Positions 39,673-56,259 of a DNA stretch of 64,000 nucleotides are shown piece by piece. Position 1 is the first letter of the stretch, and each line of letters begins with the position of its first letter. Source of the DNA: the human T2T-CHM13v2.0 reference genome, Homo sapiens. Below the pieces are notes generated by a model. That model was not told the DNA's origin. It did not search any database and saw only the letters and a list, made by a program, of their open reading frames with translations. Made by a program: the position numbers and the translations under genes. Where the stretch lies: the NCBI RefSeq assembly GCF_009914755.1, contig NC_060936.1; one strand, 5' to 3'.

Positions 39673-40760
39673 TGTATTAGATATCTATTGTAATGTAAGA
39701 AATTACTCCAGAATGCAGCAACTTAATACAGTAACACTTACAATTTTATAGTGTTTGTGGATCCAAAATCCATATAGAACTTAACTACCTGTCTCCCAGG
39801 GTCTCTCACAAAGCTGCAATCAAGGGATTGGCTGGGGTTGTAGTCATCTCAAAACTTGATTTGCAGAATGTCCACTTGTAGGGTCACTCACATATAGCTG
39901 TTGTCAGGCTTAAGGTCTTCTCTTAAGGTTGTTGGTCTGAAGCATCATTTCCGTGCCACACGGACTTCTCTACAGGGCTACTTGCTTTCTTCAGAGCTAC
40001 TTTTCCACGAGCTAGGGCTTGGAGGGAGAGAGGAAGAGTGAGAGAGAGTGAATAAAGCAAAAGTCACAAGCTTTTTGTAACCTAATTTGGGAATTTATAT
40101 CCCCTCACTTTTGCTGTATTTTATTCATTAGAAAAGAGTTACTAGGGCCAGCCCACACTCATGAAGAAGGGATTGCCCAAGGGCATGAATACCAGGAGAT
40201 AAAGATCATTAAGTGCTATTCTAGTGGCTGCTACTATAGCCTGGCCTCTAGCCACCAATGATTCATGACCCTATCATATTCAAAGGACACTCAGCCCCTC
40301 CTAAGGTCCTCAAAAGTCTCATCCTATTACAACATCAGCTCAAAGCCCAGAAGCTCTTTGTATAAATCAGGTGCAGGTGCAGATGAAGATTCTTAGATAC
40401 GGTTTCTTAAGTATAGCTCCTTAGAGTTCCTATCATCTGTAAATCTTTAGATCAACAAAACTAAAGAGAAAAATTGTCTACTCATACGCACGCCAAAATT
40501 ATGGCTATTTGTAACACGGTAGCTGGCTTCCCCTGAGCAAAAACTGAAAGAGAGGTGTTAGGGGAGAAACTGAACAAGGCAAATGTCACAGTATTTTTGT
40601 AACCTAATAATTGGGAGTGACATTTTTTCACTTTTGTCATATTTTATTCATTAGAAATGAGTCACTAGGTCAGCCTGCACCCAAGAGAAGAGAATTTAAA
40701 AGGGCACAAATCCTGAGAAACAGGCATCATTTGGGGCCATTTGCAGGCTGCCTGCCACTC
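39673..40760 (-). mobile_element. MLT1F-like MaLR remnant: LTR, short internal piece, partial LTR
   Basis: Homologous blocks at about 40055-40235 and 40575-40758; MaLR-int-like sequence at about 40240-40500. Confidence 0.7.
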
Positions 40761-41680
40761 TCTCATAGGAGTCTGGCTGCATTTGTGTCTGGATTATATC
40801 AAGACCCTTCTGGCTTGTACAAAAAAATTCCACTACGTTTTTAAGGCAGCTGAAGTTGATGTCTGAAGCTTGAAAACAAAAAGTTATATAAGTTCAATAT
40901 CTGTTCTTAAACTAGACTCATCTTTTCTTTGCATTAAAAAATAGTCAACCTTTCTTGGAGCATCTTATATGTGTTAAAAATTTCTCATTATCAGGAAGAT
41001 TCTCTCCTATTTTTTCACAGTCCTAAATTACCTTATTTCTTTTAAAGTCCCTGGATATATTCAGACTACTTTAGTTGACATCTCTGCAGTATTTGACACT
41101 GTCAGCTACATCTTCTTTCTTGAAACACTCAATCCCTCTGGCTTCTGTGAAATCACACTCTCCTGGATTAACTCTTATCTGTTTCTTTCATGGGAACTTC
41201 TGATCTCTCTTCAATTTTCATGTACATCAGGATTTCATTCTTTTTCTTCTTCTTTCACTGTATACAGTCCTTGAATGAATGCACCAAACAGGGTTTCAAT
41301 GACAATCAAAGTTGATGACCTAAATCTAAATCTCCTTCCTAGAGTTATATCCACCTGTTCAACACCTCCATTTCATATTTCACAAGTACTTACAACTTAG
41401 CTTCTTATCCCAATTTCTTTCCAACCTCAATATGCTTTCTTTATGCTTCCTCATTTGCTCAAGCTGGAAACTTTGACTTTGTTCTTGATTCTGTCTTTCT
41501 TACTCACATCCCACTCATCTAATCCTGTTCTCTGCTCTTGTTAATTTTCCCTTAGTATCTCTCTTTCTGGGCCAATTTTCTCCACCAATACCATACTTCT
41601 AAAATTTTATTTTTGTAATAAATCAATATCATCTTTCTTGTAATGTAGAATATACAAAAGTTTAAGAATGTGGGATTTGA

Positions 41681-41979
41681 GGCCAGGCACAGTGGCTCAC
41701 CCCTGTAATCCCAGCACTTTGGGAGGCCTAAGTGGGCAGATCACTTGAAGTCAGGAGTTTGAGACCAGCCTGGTCAATATGGTGAAAGCCCATCTCAAGT
41801 AAAAATACAAAAATTAGCTGGGCATGGTGGTATGTTCCTGCAATCCCAGCTACTCAGGAGGCTGAAGCAGGATAATAGCTTGAACCAGGGAGGTGAAGTT
41901 GCAATGAGCCGAGATTGCCCCAGTACACTCCAGCCTGGGTGACAGAGCAAGACTCTGTCTTAAGAAAAAAAAAAAAAAA
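41681..41979 (+). mobile_element. Alu (Sz/Jb-like) inserted into a MIR
   Basis: TSD aagaatgtgggatttg 41664-41679 / 41980-41995. Confidence 0.95.
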
Positions 41980-42235
41980 AAGAATGTGGGATTTGGAGTA
42001 AGACTACCTAGTTTTGAATCCTGGATCTACTACTTACCTACTTACTAGCTGTGTGATCTTGAGCTTGAGCAGGTTGCTTAAACTGTCTATGATTGAGCTT
42101 CTTCCTTTGTAAAATGTATAAAATAATGTTATTTACTTCACTGAGTTTTCCACAAGATTAAATGAGATAATGCAAGTAAAACATTTAGAATAGGGCCAAG
42201 CTCATAGTATATATGAAATAAGCATTGGTTATTAC
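41980..42235 (+). mobile_element. MIR SINE
   Basis: 'tttgaatcctggatctactacttac..ttactagctgtgtgatcttgagc..gattaaatgagataatgca'. Confidence 0.8.
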
Positions 42236-42376
42236 TAATATTAGCTAATGACTGCAATAACCTACTAAGTAGAATTCCTTTTTCACTCTTAGTCATCAAT
42301 ATAAACCATTCTAACACTTTGGTAAAGTACAAATGTAATCATGTCCTTCTTTACTCTTATTAAAACTTGTAAATGG

Positions 42377-42679
<303 letters not shown>

Positions 42680-43195
42680 TTAAATGATTATCAATTGCTG
42701 TCAGATCCAAAATACTTAAAGTACCTTACAAGGACCCTCACGATCTTGAATAATTACTATGTGTTAGGTAAATACCAGGCGTGGTGAATTCAGTGACGCT
42801 GTCCTGCCCACATTACATGTGTGCTGGTCATGGACCCATCTATGTTGTCTGACTTTCAGTTCTCCAAACTGATCACACTTTGTCTCAGTTCTAGGCCTTT
42901 AAAAATACTGCTCCCCTACCTCTACTGCCATTCTTCCTCTTATCTGATGGTGTAATTTCTCTAATGCCCTGGTTTTGTTATCAAACTTGCTTTTTTCTAG
43001 GAGAGTCTTTCCTGACCACTAGTTTACTCTCACTCACTGGGTAGTACATTGGAATTAGCCCTACTACAATTTTCTATTTACTTTTCAGTTTTACTAATAG
43101 ACTGCAAGCTTCTTGAGGACCAAGGTTGAGTTTGCTAATGAGTTTTCATTTAGCATTCCATCTCCAGTATGTACCTATCATCATGCCCCATACGG

Positions 43196-43297
43196 AGTGT
43201 GCCTTCAACACATGACTGTTTAATACATCTCTAGGCATATACTTAATAGTCATGTATTGAAGTGTGCCTTCCATACATGACTGTTAAATACATTTCT
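43196..43297. repeat. Direct-inverted-direct micro-triplication forming a 20-bp hairpin
   Basis: 43196-43232 resembles 43261-43297; 43243-43262 is the reverse complement of 43268-43287 (18/20). Confidence 0.85.
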
Positions 43298-44199
43298 GAA
43301 CAATTTGGGGGTGTTGGGCAGGGATCTAGATATACAAGAGACTGTGAACCAATCTGGGAAAAAAATTTGCCCTAGAGTGAAGTTACAGATGCTGGTTTCA
43401 AAGGCATCTGACTAGCAAGGGAGAGAAGGGACCACTTTGAATACAGAATAGAGTTAGTCTTTTAAAATCTCATCCGGATCAGTACCCTAGAGTCATCTCT
43501 GTTTTCTTTAACAAGAAAGCAAAAGATACCAGAGAGAGAGAGGGAGAGAAAGCAAATGAAAGGTATTACTAAAATTTCTGAGGGACCCGAAACACCAAGG
43601 CAAAACAGAATTGGTGATTGAAGTTTAGTTAGCAATCACCACTTTAGCAGGGACATAGACCATGCTGTTCTTGCAGACATCAGCTCCCTGGATATCTGGC
43701 ATCAGAAGCCTCAGAATAGACTCCAAAAGATACCAACAGCATTGAGAATGCCCCTGGTGTACACTAGCTATGGAAATAATCTTTCTTATGTTGGCAGATA
43801 CAGAAGACATCTGTGCAGCAAGCTGAGCCAGAAAGGAAGAGACTAGTAATTGTTGCAGAAAAATCAAGAAGACTAATCTTGCATCTCCCTTGAAATATCC
43901 AAGAGGTATTTCTGGAAATGCCTGGAGGGAATTTGTGTATGAGGATCAAGAAGATGAAAAGCAGGTAGAAGGAGAGGAAATCAATTGTTATTTTTGACTA
44001 TTAACAAGACTCTAATTTTATCTTCAATGTGCTAAGATCTATGTCTTCATACACATAAATATATAATTTCAGCTCTTTTATACATTTTTTTTGACTCTTA
44101 GGTGGATTTTCTTAAGATTAGCTAAAACAAGCAAAACATCTTGTTAGCTAAAGCGTCTTGTTTAGATTACATGTGTATATATGTTGTTTGAATGCTTTG

Positions 44200-44570
44200 T
44201 GTTAGTCAGTCTTTACTAGGTTATGCTGCAATAACAAACAATCAAAAATCTCTTCAGCTTACAGGAAAAGAAAAGGGGACTTATTTCTAATTTGTGTGTC
44301 TGTTGTGGGTTATATTTAACTTTATTTTACAGTTTGTTTTCATTCTAGAATCCAGGCTGACTGATAAGCCCCTTACATAGACACACTGTCCTTGAGAAAA
44401 AGCGAAAAGAAAAGATGAAAAGCCTAGCAGTGACATCTAAAGCTTCTGCAGAAAACTTAACTTCATATTTTACTGGAATACTTGACACCTGTAGGGAGGA
44501 ACACTGCAAATCACATGGCACAGGTAGGAATGGTTAATCTTCTCACTGCACTTGCAGAGAATAATCGAGA
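44200..44570 (-). mobile_element. MLT1K/L-like LTR
   Basis: 'tgtgttagtcagtctttactaggttatgctgcaataacaaacaatc'. Confidence 0.6.
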
Positions 44571-45090
44571 ATATTAATTTAGTAATTTGTATGTTTCCTT
44601 AATTATAAATTAATGTGTTCTATTTCCCAATATTAATTTGTCCTTTGTATACATCTTAGTAGATGTTGTGTACTCTAGCTCTATTGTTGCTGTTCAGTTT
44701 TCTATTCAGCATGGCTATTTTACTACCTCATTTTAATAGTTGATTAGGTAATGCCAAAATAGTCAAATTCTTATAAATTGTGTCTCCAGTTTTTCTTGAC
44801 ACTTTGACAGCTACATGGCCAAAACTATTTTCAATTGATTTCCTATATTTGTTTTTATTTAAATGTTTTTTATTAGTTACCTATTCTTCCTTTTGCCTGT
44901 TAATTCTAATAGATAATTTTGAATATTGTGCAAGAAAAATAAATTGAAACCATTAAAAATTAATTTTAACTTTTCTAATTTTTACAATTAATTTATATGC
45001 TTGAGGGAAAATATATTGACATTGTATGCATTTTAAATACAAATGCAGTTTAGTTTCTAATGCTTTTTTAAAAAGATATTGGTAGAATGC

Positions 45091-47693
45091 ATTTTTTATG
45101 TATGTATGGATGGATGGATGGATGGATTTATTTATTTATTTTATAATTTTTGTTTTTGTTTATTTCTTCTAAAAAAAAAACACAGGATACATGTGCAGAG
45201 CTTGCAGGTTTTTACATGGGTATACATGTACCATGGTGGTTTGCTGTACCTGTTGTTCCCTAAGTTCCCTCCTCTTGCCCCCTAACCCCACTTATGAGTG
45301 AGAACATGTAGTGTTTGGTTGTCTATTCCTGTGTTAGTTTGCTGAGGATGGTGGTTCCCAGCTTCATCCATGTCCCTGCAAAGGACACGATCTCATTCAT
45401 TTTTATGGCTGCATAGTACTCCATGGTGTATATGTACTACATTTTCTTTACCCAGTCTATCATTGATGGACATTTGGGTTGGTTCCATGTATTTGTTATT
45501 ATAGTGTTACAATAAACATACATATGCATATATCTTTATAATAAAATGATTTATATTCCTTTGGGTATATACCCAGTAATGGGATTTCTGGGTCAAATGG
45601 TATTTCTGGTTCTAGATCCTTGAGGAATTGCCATACTGTCTTCCACAATTGTTGAACTAATTTAAATTCCCACCAATAGCGTAAAAGCATTCCTATTTCT
45701 CCACATCCTCACCAGCATCTATTGTTTCTTGACTTTTTAAATGATTGCCATTCTGACTGGTGCGGGATGGTATTTTGTTATGGTTTTGATTTGCATTTCT
45801 CTGATGAACAGTGATATTGAGCTTTTCTTCATATGCTTGTTGGACCCATAAATTTATTTTTTTGAGAAGTGTCTGTTCATATCCTTTGCCCACTTTTTGA
45901 TGGGGTTGTTTGTTTTTTTCTTGTAAATTTTTTGAAGTTCCTTGTAAATTTTGGATATTAGACCTTTGTCAGATGGGTAGATTGCAAATTTTTTTCCTAT
46001 TCTGTAGGTTGCCTGTTCACTCTGATGATAGTTTATTTTGCTGTGCAGAAGCTCCTTAATTAGATCTCATTTGTCAATTTTGGCCTTTTGTTGCAATTGC
46101 TTTTGGTGTTCTTGTCATGAAGAAGTCTTTGCCCATGCCTATGTCCTGAATGGTATTGCCTAGGTTTTCTTCTAGGGTTTTAATGGTTTTTGGTTTTAAA
46201 TTTAAGTCTTTAAATCCATCTTGAGTTAATTTCTTTATGAGATTTAAGGAATGGGTGCAGTTTCAGTTTTCTGCATATGGTTAGCCAGTTTTCCAGGCAC
46301 CATTTATTAAATAGGAGATCCTTTCTCTGTTGCTTGTTTTTGTCAAGTTTGTCAAAGATCAGATGGTTTTAGATGTGTGGTGTTACTTCTGAGGTCTCTG
46401 TTCTGTTCCATTGGTCTATATGTCTGTTTTGGTACCAGTACCATGCTGTTTTGGTTACTGTAGCCTTGTAGTGTAGTTTGAAGTCAGGTAGTGTGATGGC
46501 TCCAGCTTTGTTCTTTTCCTTAGGGTTGCCTTGGCTATATGGGATCTTCTTTGATTCCATGTCAAATTTAGAGTATTTTTTTCTAATTCTGTGAAGAATA
46601 TCAATGGTAGTTTGATGGGAATAACATTGAATCTATAAATTACTTTGAGCAGTGTGGCCATTTTCATGATATTGATTCTTTCTATCCATGAGGATGGAAT
46701 GTTTTTCCATTTGTTTGTGTCCTCTCTTATTTCCTTGAGCAGTGGTTTGTAGTTCTCCTTGAAGAGGTCCTTCACATCACTTTTTAGACGTATTCCTGGG
46801 TATTTTATTCTCTTTGTAGCAATTGTGAATGGGAGTTCATTCATGATTCGGCTCTCTGCTTGTCTTTTGTTGGTGTAAAGGAATGCTTGTGATTTATGCA
46901 CATTGATTTTATATGCTAAGACTTTGCTGAAGTTGCTTATCAGTTTAAAGAGTTTTTGGGCTGAGATGATGGGGTTTTCTAAATATAAATCATGTCATCT
47001 GCAGACAGAGACAATTTGACTTCCTCTCTTCCTATTTGAATATCCTTTATTTCTTTCTCTTGCCTGATTGCCCCGGCTAGAACTTCCAATACTACGTTGA
47101 AAAGGAGTGGTGAGAGAGGGCATCATTGTCTTGGACCAGTTTTCAAAGTGAATGCTTCCAGCTTTTGTCCATTCAATATGATATTGGTTGTGGGTTTGTC
47201 ATAAACAGCTCTTTTTATTTTGAGATATGTTTCATCAATACTTAGTTTATTGAGAGTTTTTAACATGAAGGGATGTTGAATTTTATTGGAGGCCTTTTCT
47301 GTGTCTATTGAGATAATAATGTGGTTTTTGTCTTTGGTTATGTTTATGTGATGGATTACATTTATTGATTTGCATATGTTGAACTAGCCTTGCATCCCAG
47401 GATGAGCCCAACTCGATCACGGTGGATAAGTTTTTTGATATGCTGCTGGATTCGGTTTGCCAGTATTTCATTGACGATTTTTGCATCGATGTTCGTCAGG
47501 GATATTGGACTGAAGTTTTCTTTTTTTATTGTGTCTCTTCCCAGTTTTGATATTAGGATGATGCTGGCTTCATAAAATGAGTTAGGGAGAAGTCCCTCCT
47601 TTTCAATTGTTTGGAATAGTTTCAGAAGGAATGGTACCAGCTCCTCCTTTGTACTTCTGGTAGAATTTGGCTGTGAATCTGTCTGGTCCTGGG
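45091..47693 (-). mobile_element. 5'-truncated L1PA (L1PA8A-like), about 2.6 kb, with (GGAT)n in the tail region
   Basis: ORF2 RT/C-terminal peptides on the minus strand ([33 protein letters not shown]); small 3'UTR deletion; T-run at the truncation point. Confidence 0.92.
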
Positions 47694-48182
47694 TTTTTTT
47701 TTTTTTTTTTTTTTAGTCTTAGAACTTCTTTCTTTTTTATGAGACTATTAGGTATGTGTTAAATACTTACATATTCTCTGATACCTTTTTGATCACCAGC
47801 ACTAACTTTCATTTACTCATGCTTTCACTCAGTATATTTCCATTATCAACAGTTCAGGATTTTTAAAATTATTGTTTTTTCACATATTGGACAATTTCAT
47901 TTTCTTAATTTAATTTATAAAAAAGAATACTTTTTACTTCCCTAAAAGTAAGGCATATATAACACTTACTGATGTTCTGGAGAATCAAAATGATCAACAA
48001 TTTAATATATCCATGAAAGTCTGACCTACTCTGTGAAGTGGAGATTTCTCAGTGTTTTTATTTACATTTCCATGCCTCTGATGCAAACAATTTCACCGAC
48101 ATTTATAATTTTCTTTGCATATGTATTGAGTAGCCTACTTTATTTAAGTAAGAAATAACTCCCATCAAAAGGGTTATCCTTT

Positions 48183-49030
<848 letters not shown>

Positions 49031-49166
49031 GTTCAATTTAGTGTGCACTGAATATGTTTGTTTGTTGCCTTTATCATTATATTGAGAACATAATAAAAAG
49101 GCATCTATTTTTGTTAGAGATTGACTAACAGAGAGAAAGACTAGTTTTTCTATAAATGTTTAAGTC

Positions 49167-49464
49167 GGCCGAGTGCGGTGACTCACACCTGTAATCCCAG
49201 CACTTTGGAAGGCCTAGGAGGGTGGATCACCTGAGGTCAGGAGTTCGAGACCAGTCTGGCCAACATGGTGAAACCCCCATCTCTACTAAAGATAAAAAAT
49301 TAGCCAGGTGTGGTGGCACGTGCCTGTAATCTCAGCTACTCAGGAGGCTGAGGCAACAGAATTGCTTTGACCTGTGAGGCAGAGGTTGCAGTGAGCCGAG
49401 ATTGTGCCACTGCACCCCAGCCTGGGAGACAGAGTGAGACTCCATCTCAAAAAATAAATAAATA
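49167..49464 (+). mobile_element. AluSx/Sz-like
   Basis: TSD aaatgtttaagtc on both sides. Confidence 0.95.
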
Positions 49465-49710
49465 AAAATGTTTAAGTCATTTCCTCTGATTCCTTGAAGG
49501 ATTTTGCTCTTGGTACACACTCTGTCTCTTACATGGCTCCTGCCCTAATTCATCGTAATTTCAATATCTACATAGATGGTCGTATAATGATGTGGCTGCT
49601 TAGTTCTGTGAACTTTCTCCAATGATCTTGTTTTATACTTTTTCTTGGTCATCTTTTCTAATGTCATAGTTCAGACCTTATCATTATAAAAAAAATCACA
49701 CCCTGTTCTT

Positions 49711-49781
49711 TTCTTTTTTTTATTATTATACTTTAAGTTCTAGAGTACATGTGCACAATGTACAGGTTTGTTACATATGCG
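49711..49781 (-). mobile_element. Very short (about 70 bp) L1PA 3'-end insertion
   Basis: ttattatactttaagttctagagtacatgtgcac; perfect 12-bp TSD caccctgttctt 49699-49710 / 49782-49793. Confidence 0.92.
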
Positions 49782-50555
49782 CACCCTGTTCTTAATCTTA
49801 ATTTCAAACATCATCTTTTTCTCTCCTATCAAAATCTATACGTTTTTTTGGTCCATCTCATTCCCTTTTGTATTCTAAAATCAGAAAACATAGTACCTAG
49901 CATGGTCTCAAATCCATTGATTCTATCCATTTATACTTTCTCTTATCTGTCTTATATCTTTGCTCTTCTTTTTAGTCTGCTCAAATTCCCTCATCAATTC
50001 TTATGGTCACTCTATTGCATAACAGCTGCAACTTTTGTGTTTCTTTCTCACTTTCTTATACCTGTTTTAGCCAAGTACAGTCCTAATTAATCCTAACCAA
50101 ATTCTACCCTCGCTGAATGTCTGAATCCACACAACTGATCAAAGCTGTATGAATCTGTAGCCAACTATCTTACTTTAAATTCATGATTACTAATTTTACC
50201 TGTGCCTTTAATATTGCCTGGCCATGAGATTACATGTATTTCTAGTTTGCTAAACGTTTTACTCTCCTTGATAATTATTTAATATTTTTACTTTTCTTCT
50301 GAAACCTCCAACCTCCATCCCTATACTCACTCTTAGCTCATGATTTTGCTTTCTATTTTACTGAGAATTAAGAAGCTATTAGAAAAGAAATATTACTGGA
50401 ACCCACCAACAAATCTACTCATGTGGACAACTGGGTCCATATGCTGAACCTTCTTTTCTGGTTACTATGGATGGCCTGTCTGCTCCTAGTAAAGGTCAAC
50501 CTTTTCACTGGTGTACTCACTCAAGCTCTCTTGCCCTTTCAAGACCATTATTCCA

Positions 50556-50877
50556 GGCCAGGCGCAGTGGCTCACACCTGTAATCCCAGCACTTTGGGAG
50601 GTGGAGGTGGGCAGATCATGAGGTCAGGAGTTCGGGACCATTCTGATCAACATGGTGAAACCCCATCTTTACTAAAAATACAAAAAAAAAAAAATTGCCA
50701 GGCGTGGTGGTGCGCACCTGTAATCTCAGCTACTCAGGAGACTGAGGCAGGAGAATCGCTTGAACTCGGGAGACGGAGGTTGCAGTGATCGGAGATCGCA
50801 CCATTGCACCCCAGCCTGGGTGACAGAGCGAGACTCCATCTCAAAAACAACAACGACAACAACAACAACAACAAAAA
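50556..50877 (+). mobile_element. AluSg-like with (CAA)n tail
   Basis: Full Alu sequence. Confidence 0.95.
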
Positions 50878-51713
50878 CTCTCTTATTTTCTCTGTATCTT
50901 CTTATTTTCTCCTCATAAGCGTACAAAATTTACTATTTTTATTAACTTAAAAAATCTCAGACTGATCCTATGTATGCTACTGCCTTCTATCCCTTTTCTT
51001 CTTCACTTTGCAGCAAAACTCCTCAAAAGTATTGTCTATGCTCATTACCTCCAGCTTCTCTCTTCTCATCTTCTCTTGAAATTATTTCAGTCAGACCTTT
51101 GCTCCTCCCCACTGAAATTGTTCTTGTCAGTATAATCATGACAGTCTATTCTTATTGTCAAATTCAAAGGTTAATTCACATTCTTCCTCTGATTTGGCCT
51201 TTCAGCATTATTTGGCACAGTTGGTAACTACCTTATCTTTTCAACATTTTATTTCCTTGGCTTTCACATGATCCTGGTTTCTTCTTACTGACCTCTTCTT
51301 CCTTTTTACATTTGTCAGTCCTCCCTTATTTCCCAAACCTCCCAAATTTGGAATGCCTCAGAGCTCAGGCTCCTAAATATTCTTTATTCAATTAATTCTC
51401 AAAATCCCAAGAGTACATCTTCAATTCAACCTCCCTGAATTCTAGAACTATGTAGCAAACTGCCCACTCAGCATCTACATGTGAGTAGGATCAGGGTTAG
51501 GAAATAAATAAATGACATGTCCCTACGAAACTGGAGTAGAACTAAAAAAATGTAAAGATCTTAATATACTTGGTGTGATGGTACATTATCTGGAAACTGA
51601 AGAAATAGCTGTATTTTAAAACCAGGGTTGGTATTGGGCAGAAGTAGAAAACCTGTACTGTTAAGGGATGAATCTGACATCTGGACCTTAGAGAATTTTC
51701 TGAGATACTTTAA

Positions 51714-53330
<1,617 letters not shown>

Positions 53331-54479
53331 TTGGAGGTAGATTAAGAGAGAACATATAAAGGAGTTCCTAGGATTAGGTAAAGTAGAAAAGAGCAGGGTT
53401 GAAACAAGAATGGAGATCTTAGGGACCATACAGCCATAAAGATAACTATGTCTCGATAGTTGAGAGGAGAATGTTGGAAAATGAGAAATGGGTTGGAGTA
53501 ATGAGCAATTTTAGTACCATGACAGAAAAAAACCCTTAATAAAAACCTCTCTTTGTAGGATATAGAATTGCTGGAGTAGGTTGCTGAAATGGGCGGTATA
53601 TATACACCCTTGGACCCTTGCCCTGAGAGGAGAGGAATGACAGCCAAGAACTCAGGCTGCTGAAGTGGCTTACTTTCCTGGCTCCCTATGATGCTTCCTG
53701 GGCAAGAACCACTAGAGACAGAAGCTGACACTCAGGAAGCAGCAATGGGAATATTTTGACTAGGTTGTGAGATGTGTCCAGGAGGGGAGAAGGAAACCTT
53801 TCGTGTATATAGGTAACTGGGTAGCTCAGGAGACAGTTTGAAACGCAGTTACAGATGCCCGGAAAGTCAGAAGAGTGGGATACACCTAGGAATGACAGGT
53901 AAATGCTCTACATTGTTATCTTCCAGATAATAGAGGCATTCTCTAGAAGGAATACTACAAGTCATGTTTTCTTTTTCTTTTTTCAAAGAAATGTGTAACA
54001 GTACATTGAAACATTTATCTTTTCAGCAGCAGACACAGAAATTCCTTTGAGAAAAGTGATGTAGTTTTCTCAGCCTTTGGAGGAAGGCAGGGGAAGGAGG
54101 AGAGAGGCAGAGTCCCTGCTGTAGCAGGAAGGGTCGAGTGGGAGATGTGATCTGGTGACTGCAGCCAGGAGGAAATGCTGGGCATCCAAGGCAGGCCTTC
54201 TGATGATCACATGTTACCCACTGCAAAGTGACCCATCACTCATTCCAACAATATTCATTAGAGCTATAGGCTTTGTGTGTAGCTTTCTCCAGAAAGCTGT
54301 TATTGGAGCTAGTTTGGTGGTCAAATTTGAGTTCAGATAGATACAGGTGGATTATACAGAAGTGGTAAATGTCTAACAGCTGAGTTATATATCATTTTCA
54401 TTGATGGATAAAATTTGATTTTATCTCAAAAGCATTTTTAAAAATTCATGTAGTTCTGTATCCAGGGTATCTTGAGAAA

Positions 54480-54990
54480 TGTATCTGAAAACTTGGTGCC
54501 AAAAAAAATCTCATAAAAGTGTGCAAAATCTGTTCTGTATAGATCAGTGATAAGTGAAAGATAAGTATAAATGAGAGATAAATCAAAAGTATCAGACATT
54601 CAGTGACTTAATAATTAGCAATTAATTTGATAACTTCAATGGAAGAAAAATTTAGCAATTAACACTCTCATATTTATATAAAAAGTAATAAACTAAATCC
54701 CATATTTTTAATGCTAGGAAATATATTAGTGCACACGTAATTTAGAGTACATTCTCACTTCTTAGGCCAAATATTACTTCATCAGAGCACCAAAAAAAGA
54801 TTACTGATCCTGTCTTTATTTAAAATGTTGACATTTTGCTTATCAATTTGATATTTTCTCAATACTAATTTTATGTTAATTTATATTTTTTTAAATATTG
54901 CATTTAATATTATTTACCTTGGCTACTGAATTTTTTGGAACCTTCTTAAATTTTGTGTCTAAGACAATTGTCACAGCCTCTTCATCATCT
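54480..54990 (-). mobile_element. hAT-Tip100 MER96B-like DNA element
   Basis: 'gatcctgtctttatttaaaatgttgaca..aaatattgcatttaatattattta..ttttggaaccttcttaaattttg'. Confidence 0.55.
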
Positions 54991-56259
54991 TTGATGCTCT
55001 GGGTGGCAGCAACATTATCTATATGGGTGCTGAGATAAGCAGAAATTGCAAAAAGTCTGCAGCACTGGCACCTGTAGTTGGAGGAACTGCTTAAGATATT
55101 CTGAATATTTCCCTAATTATTTGAGATAAGCTGCACTTTTGATGTGAGTAGTTCTAATGAAAGTTAGCACCCTCTAAGGCAAGTCCTGATGCATATCTGG
55201 AAAAAAAGAAACTTTTAAATTATTGCTAGATTACACATTTACTTGAAAGAGTACTTTGAGATTCATTTAACAAGTTTAGAAAGTTAACTCCTGCTCTGAA
55301 CATGGTAAAAGAGATGTGTAACCAATGCAGAAGAGACACGATAGACAGGTATGGAATAAAAAACTCCTACTAAAGTGAGACAGATGCTAAGGGCTTCAGT
55401 TTTGCATAGGAGGATACAAGTAAAAGGCCCTTGGGAATGTATGCCTTTTCCCTTTGAACTCTGTTACTCTTTTCATCTTTAAGAAGTAAGCTTCTTTGAA
55501 CTCTACCATTTTAACCCAACCAATATATTTTTTTCTATTTTAACTCTATTATGTTTTTATACCCTTCCATTTTCCTATACAGCTCCATGTAGACCCAGGC
55601 CCATCTAATTCTTGAGTCAATCACAGAAGCATCAAGAAATACAATCTCAGCTTTTCCCTAACCCCTACAACCTCTGTCGATTGGCTTTAGATCAAGTCCT
55701 TGTCCTACACTTGAGACCCTCAGAGCCATCTATTTTCTGTGTAGCTCATGTCCTATGTTCCTCTAGCTGCCAACAATATAGTGAGTCAAGTGTGTTAGAT
55801 ATAAGCCCAAGATGTTCACCTAGTTACAGTGTTTCATATTACTATGGTTCCAGTTATAAGACCATAGGACCGAGCTTTTTTTTGACTCTAAAGATTCACT
55901 CTATTTCACCAATTCCTGCCTGTAGGATCAAAGCTTCAATGTAAACTAAATCTCTCACTTCAGCCTTATGCTCTGTCTTTGATCTTGTTTTTATGAATTT
56001 TCCCAGGAGCTTGATCGTGCCTCATCTCTCCAGTATAGACAATTTCTTCTACATATGCTCAGATTTCTAGGAATGACATTGTCATGTCTTTGTTCTTTCG
56101 GGTCCCAATAATTGGGCTAACACCTGACTTCCCCTGTTGATTGGTTGCCTTGGAGCTTGTTGCTAAGGGAATAAAATAGCTGATGTACGTCCTCTCAGAC
56201 AAGACATTTTCATATAGGTCCAGTGAACCAAGTATAAAAATACAAACGTTTGTTGAATG

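Larger units (their letters stand above)
49480..51480 (+). mobile_element. L2 LINE (ORF2 region), interrupted
   Basis: L2 motifs 'tgcttctattttactgagaa'-like, 'ccccactgaaattgttcttgtca', 'cagcattatttggcacagttg'. Confidence 0.7.

Noticed and set aside
47694-47714. T21 run at the L1 5' truncation point as a second insertion tail
   Set aside because: Coincides with a native L1 ORF2 A-run that has probably expanded; no independent TSD
53342-53731. 129-aa minus-strand ORF
   Set aside because: Non-ATG start and no domain similarity; it is the antisense reading of a purine-rich tract
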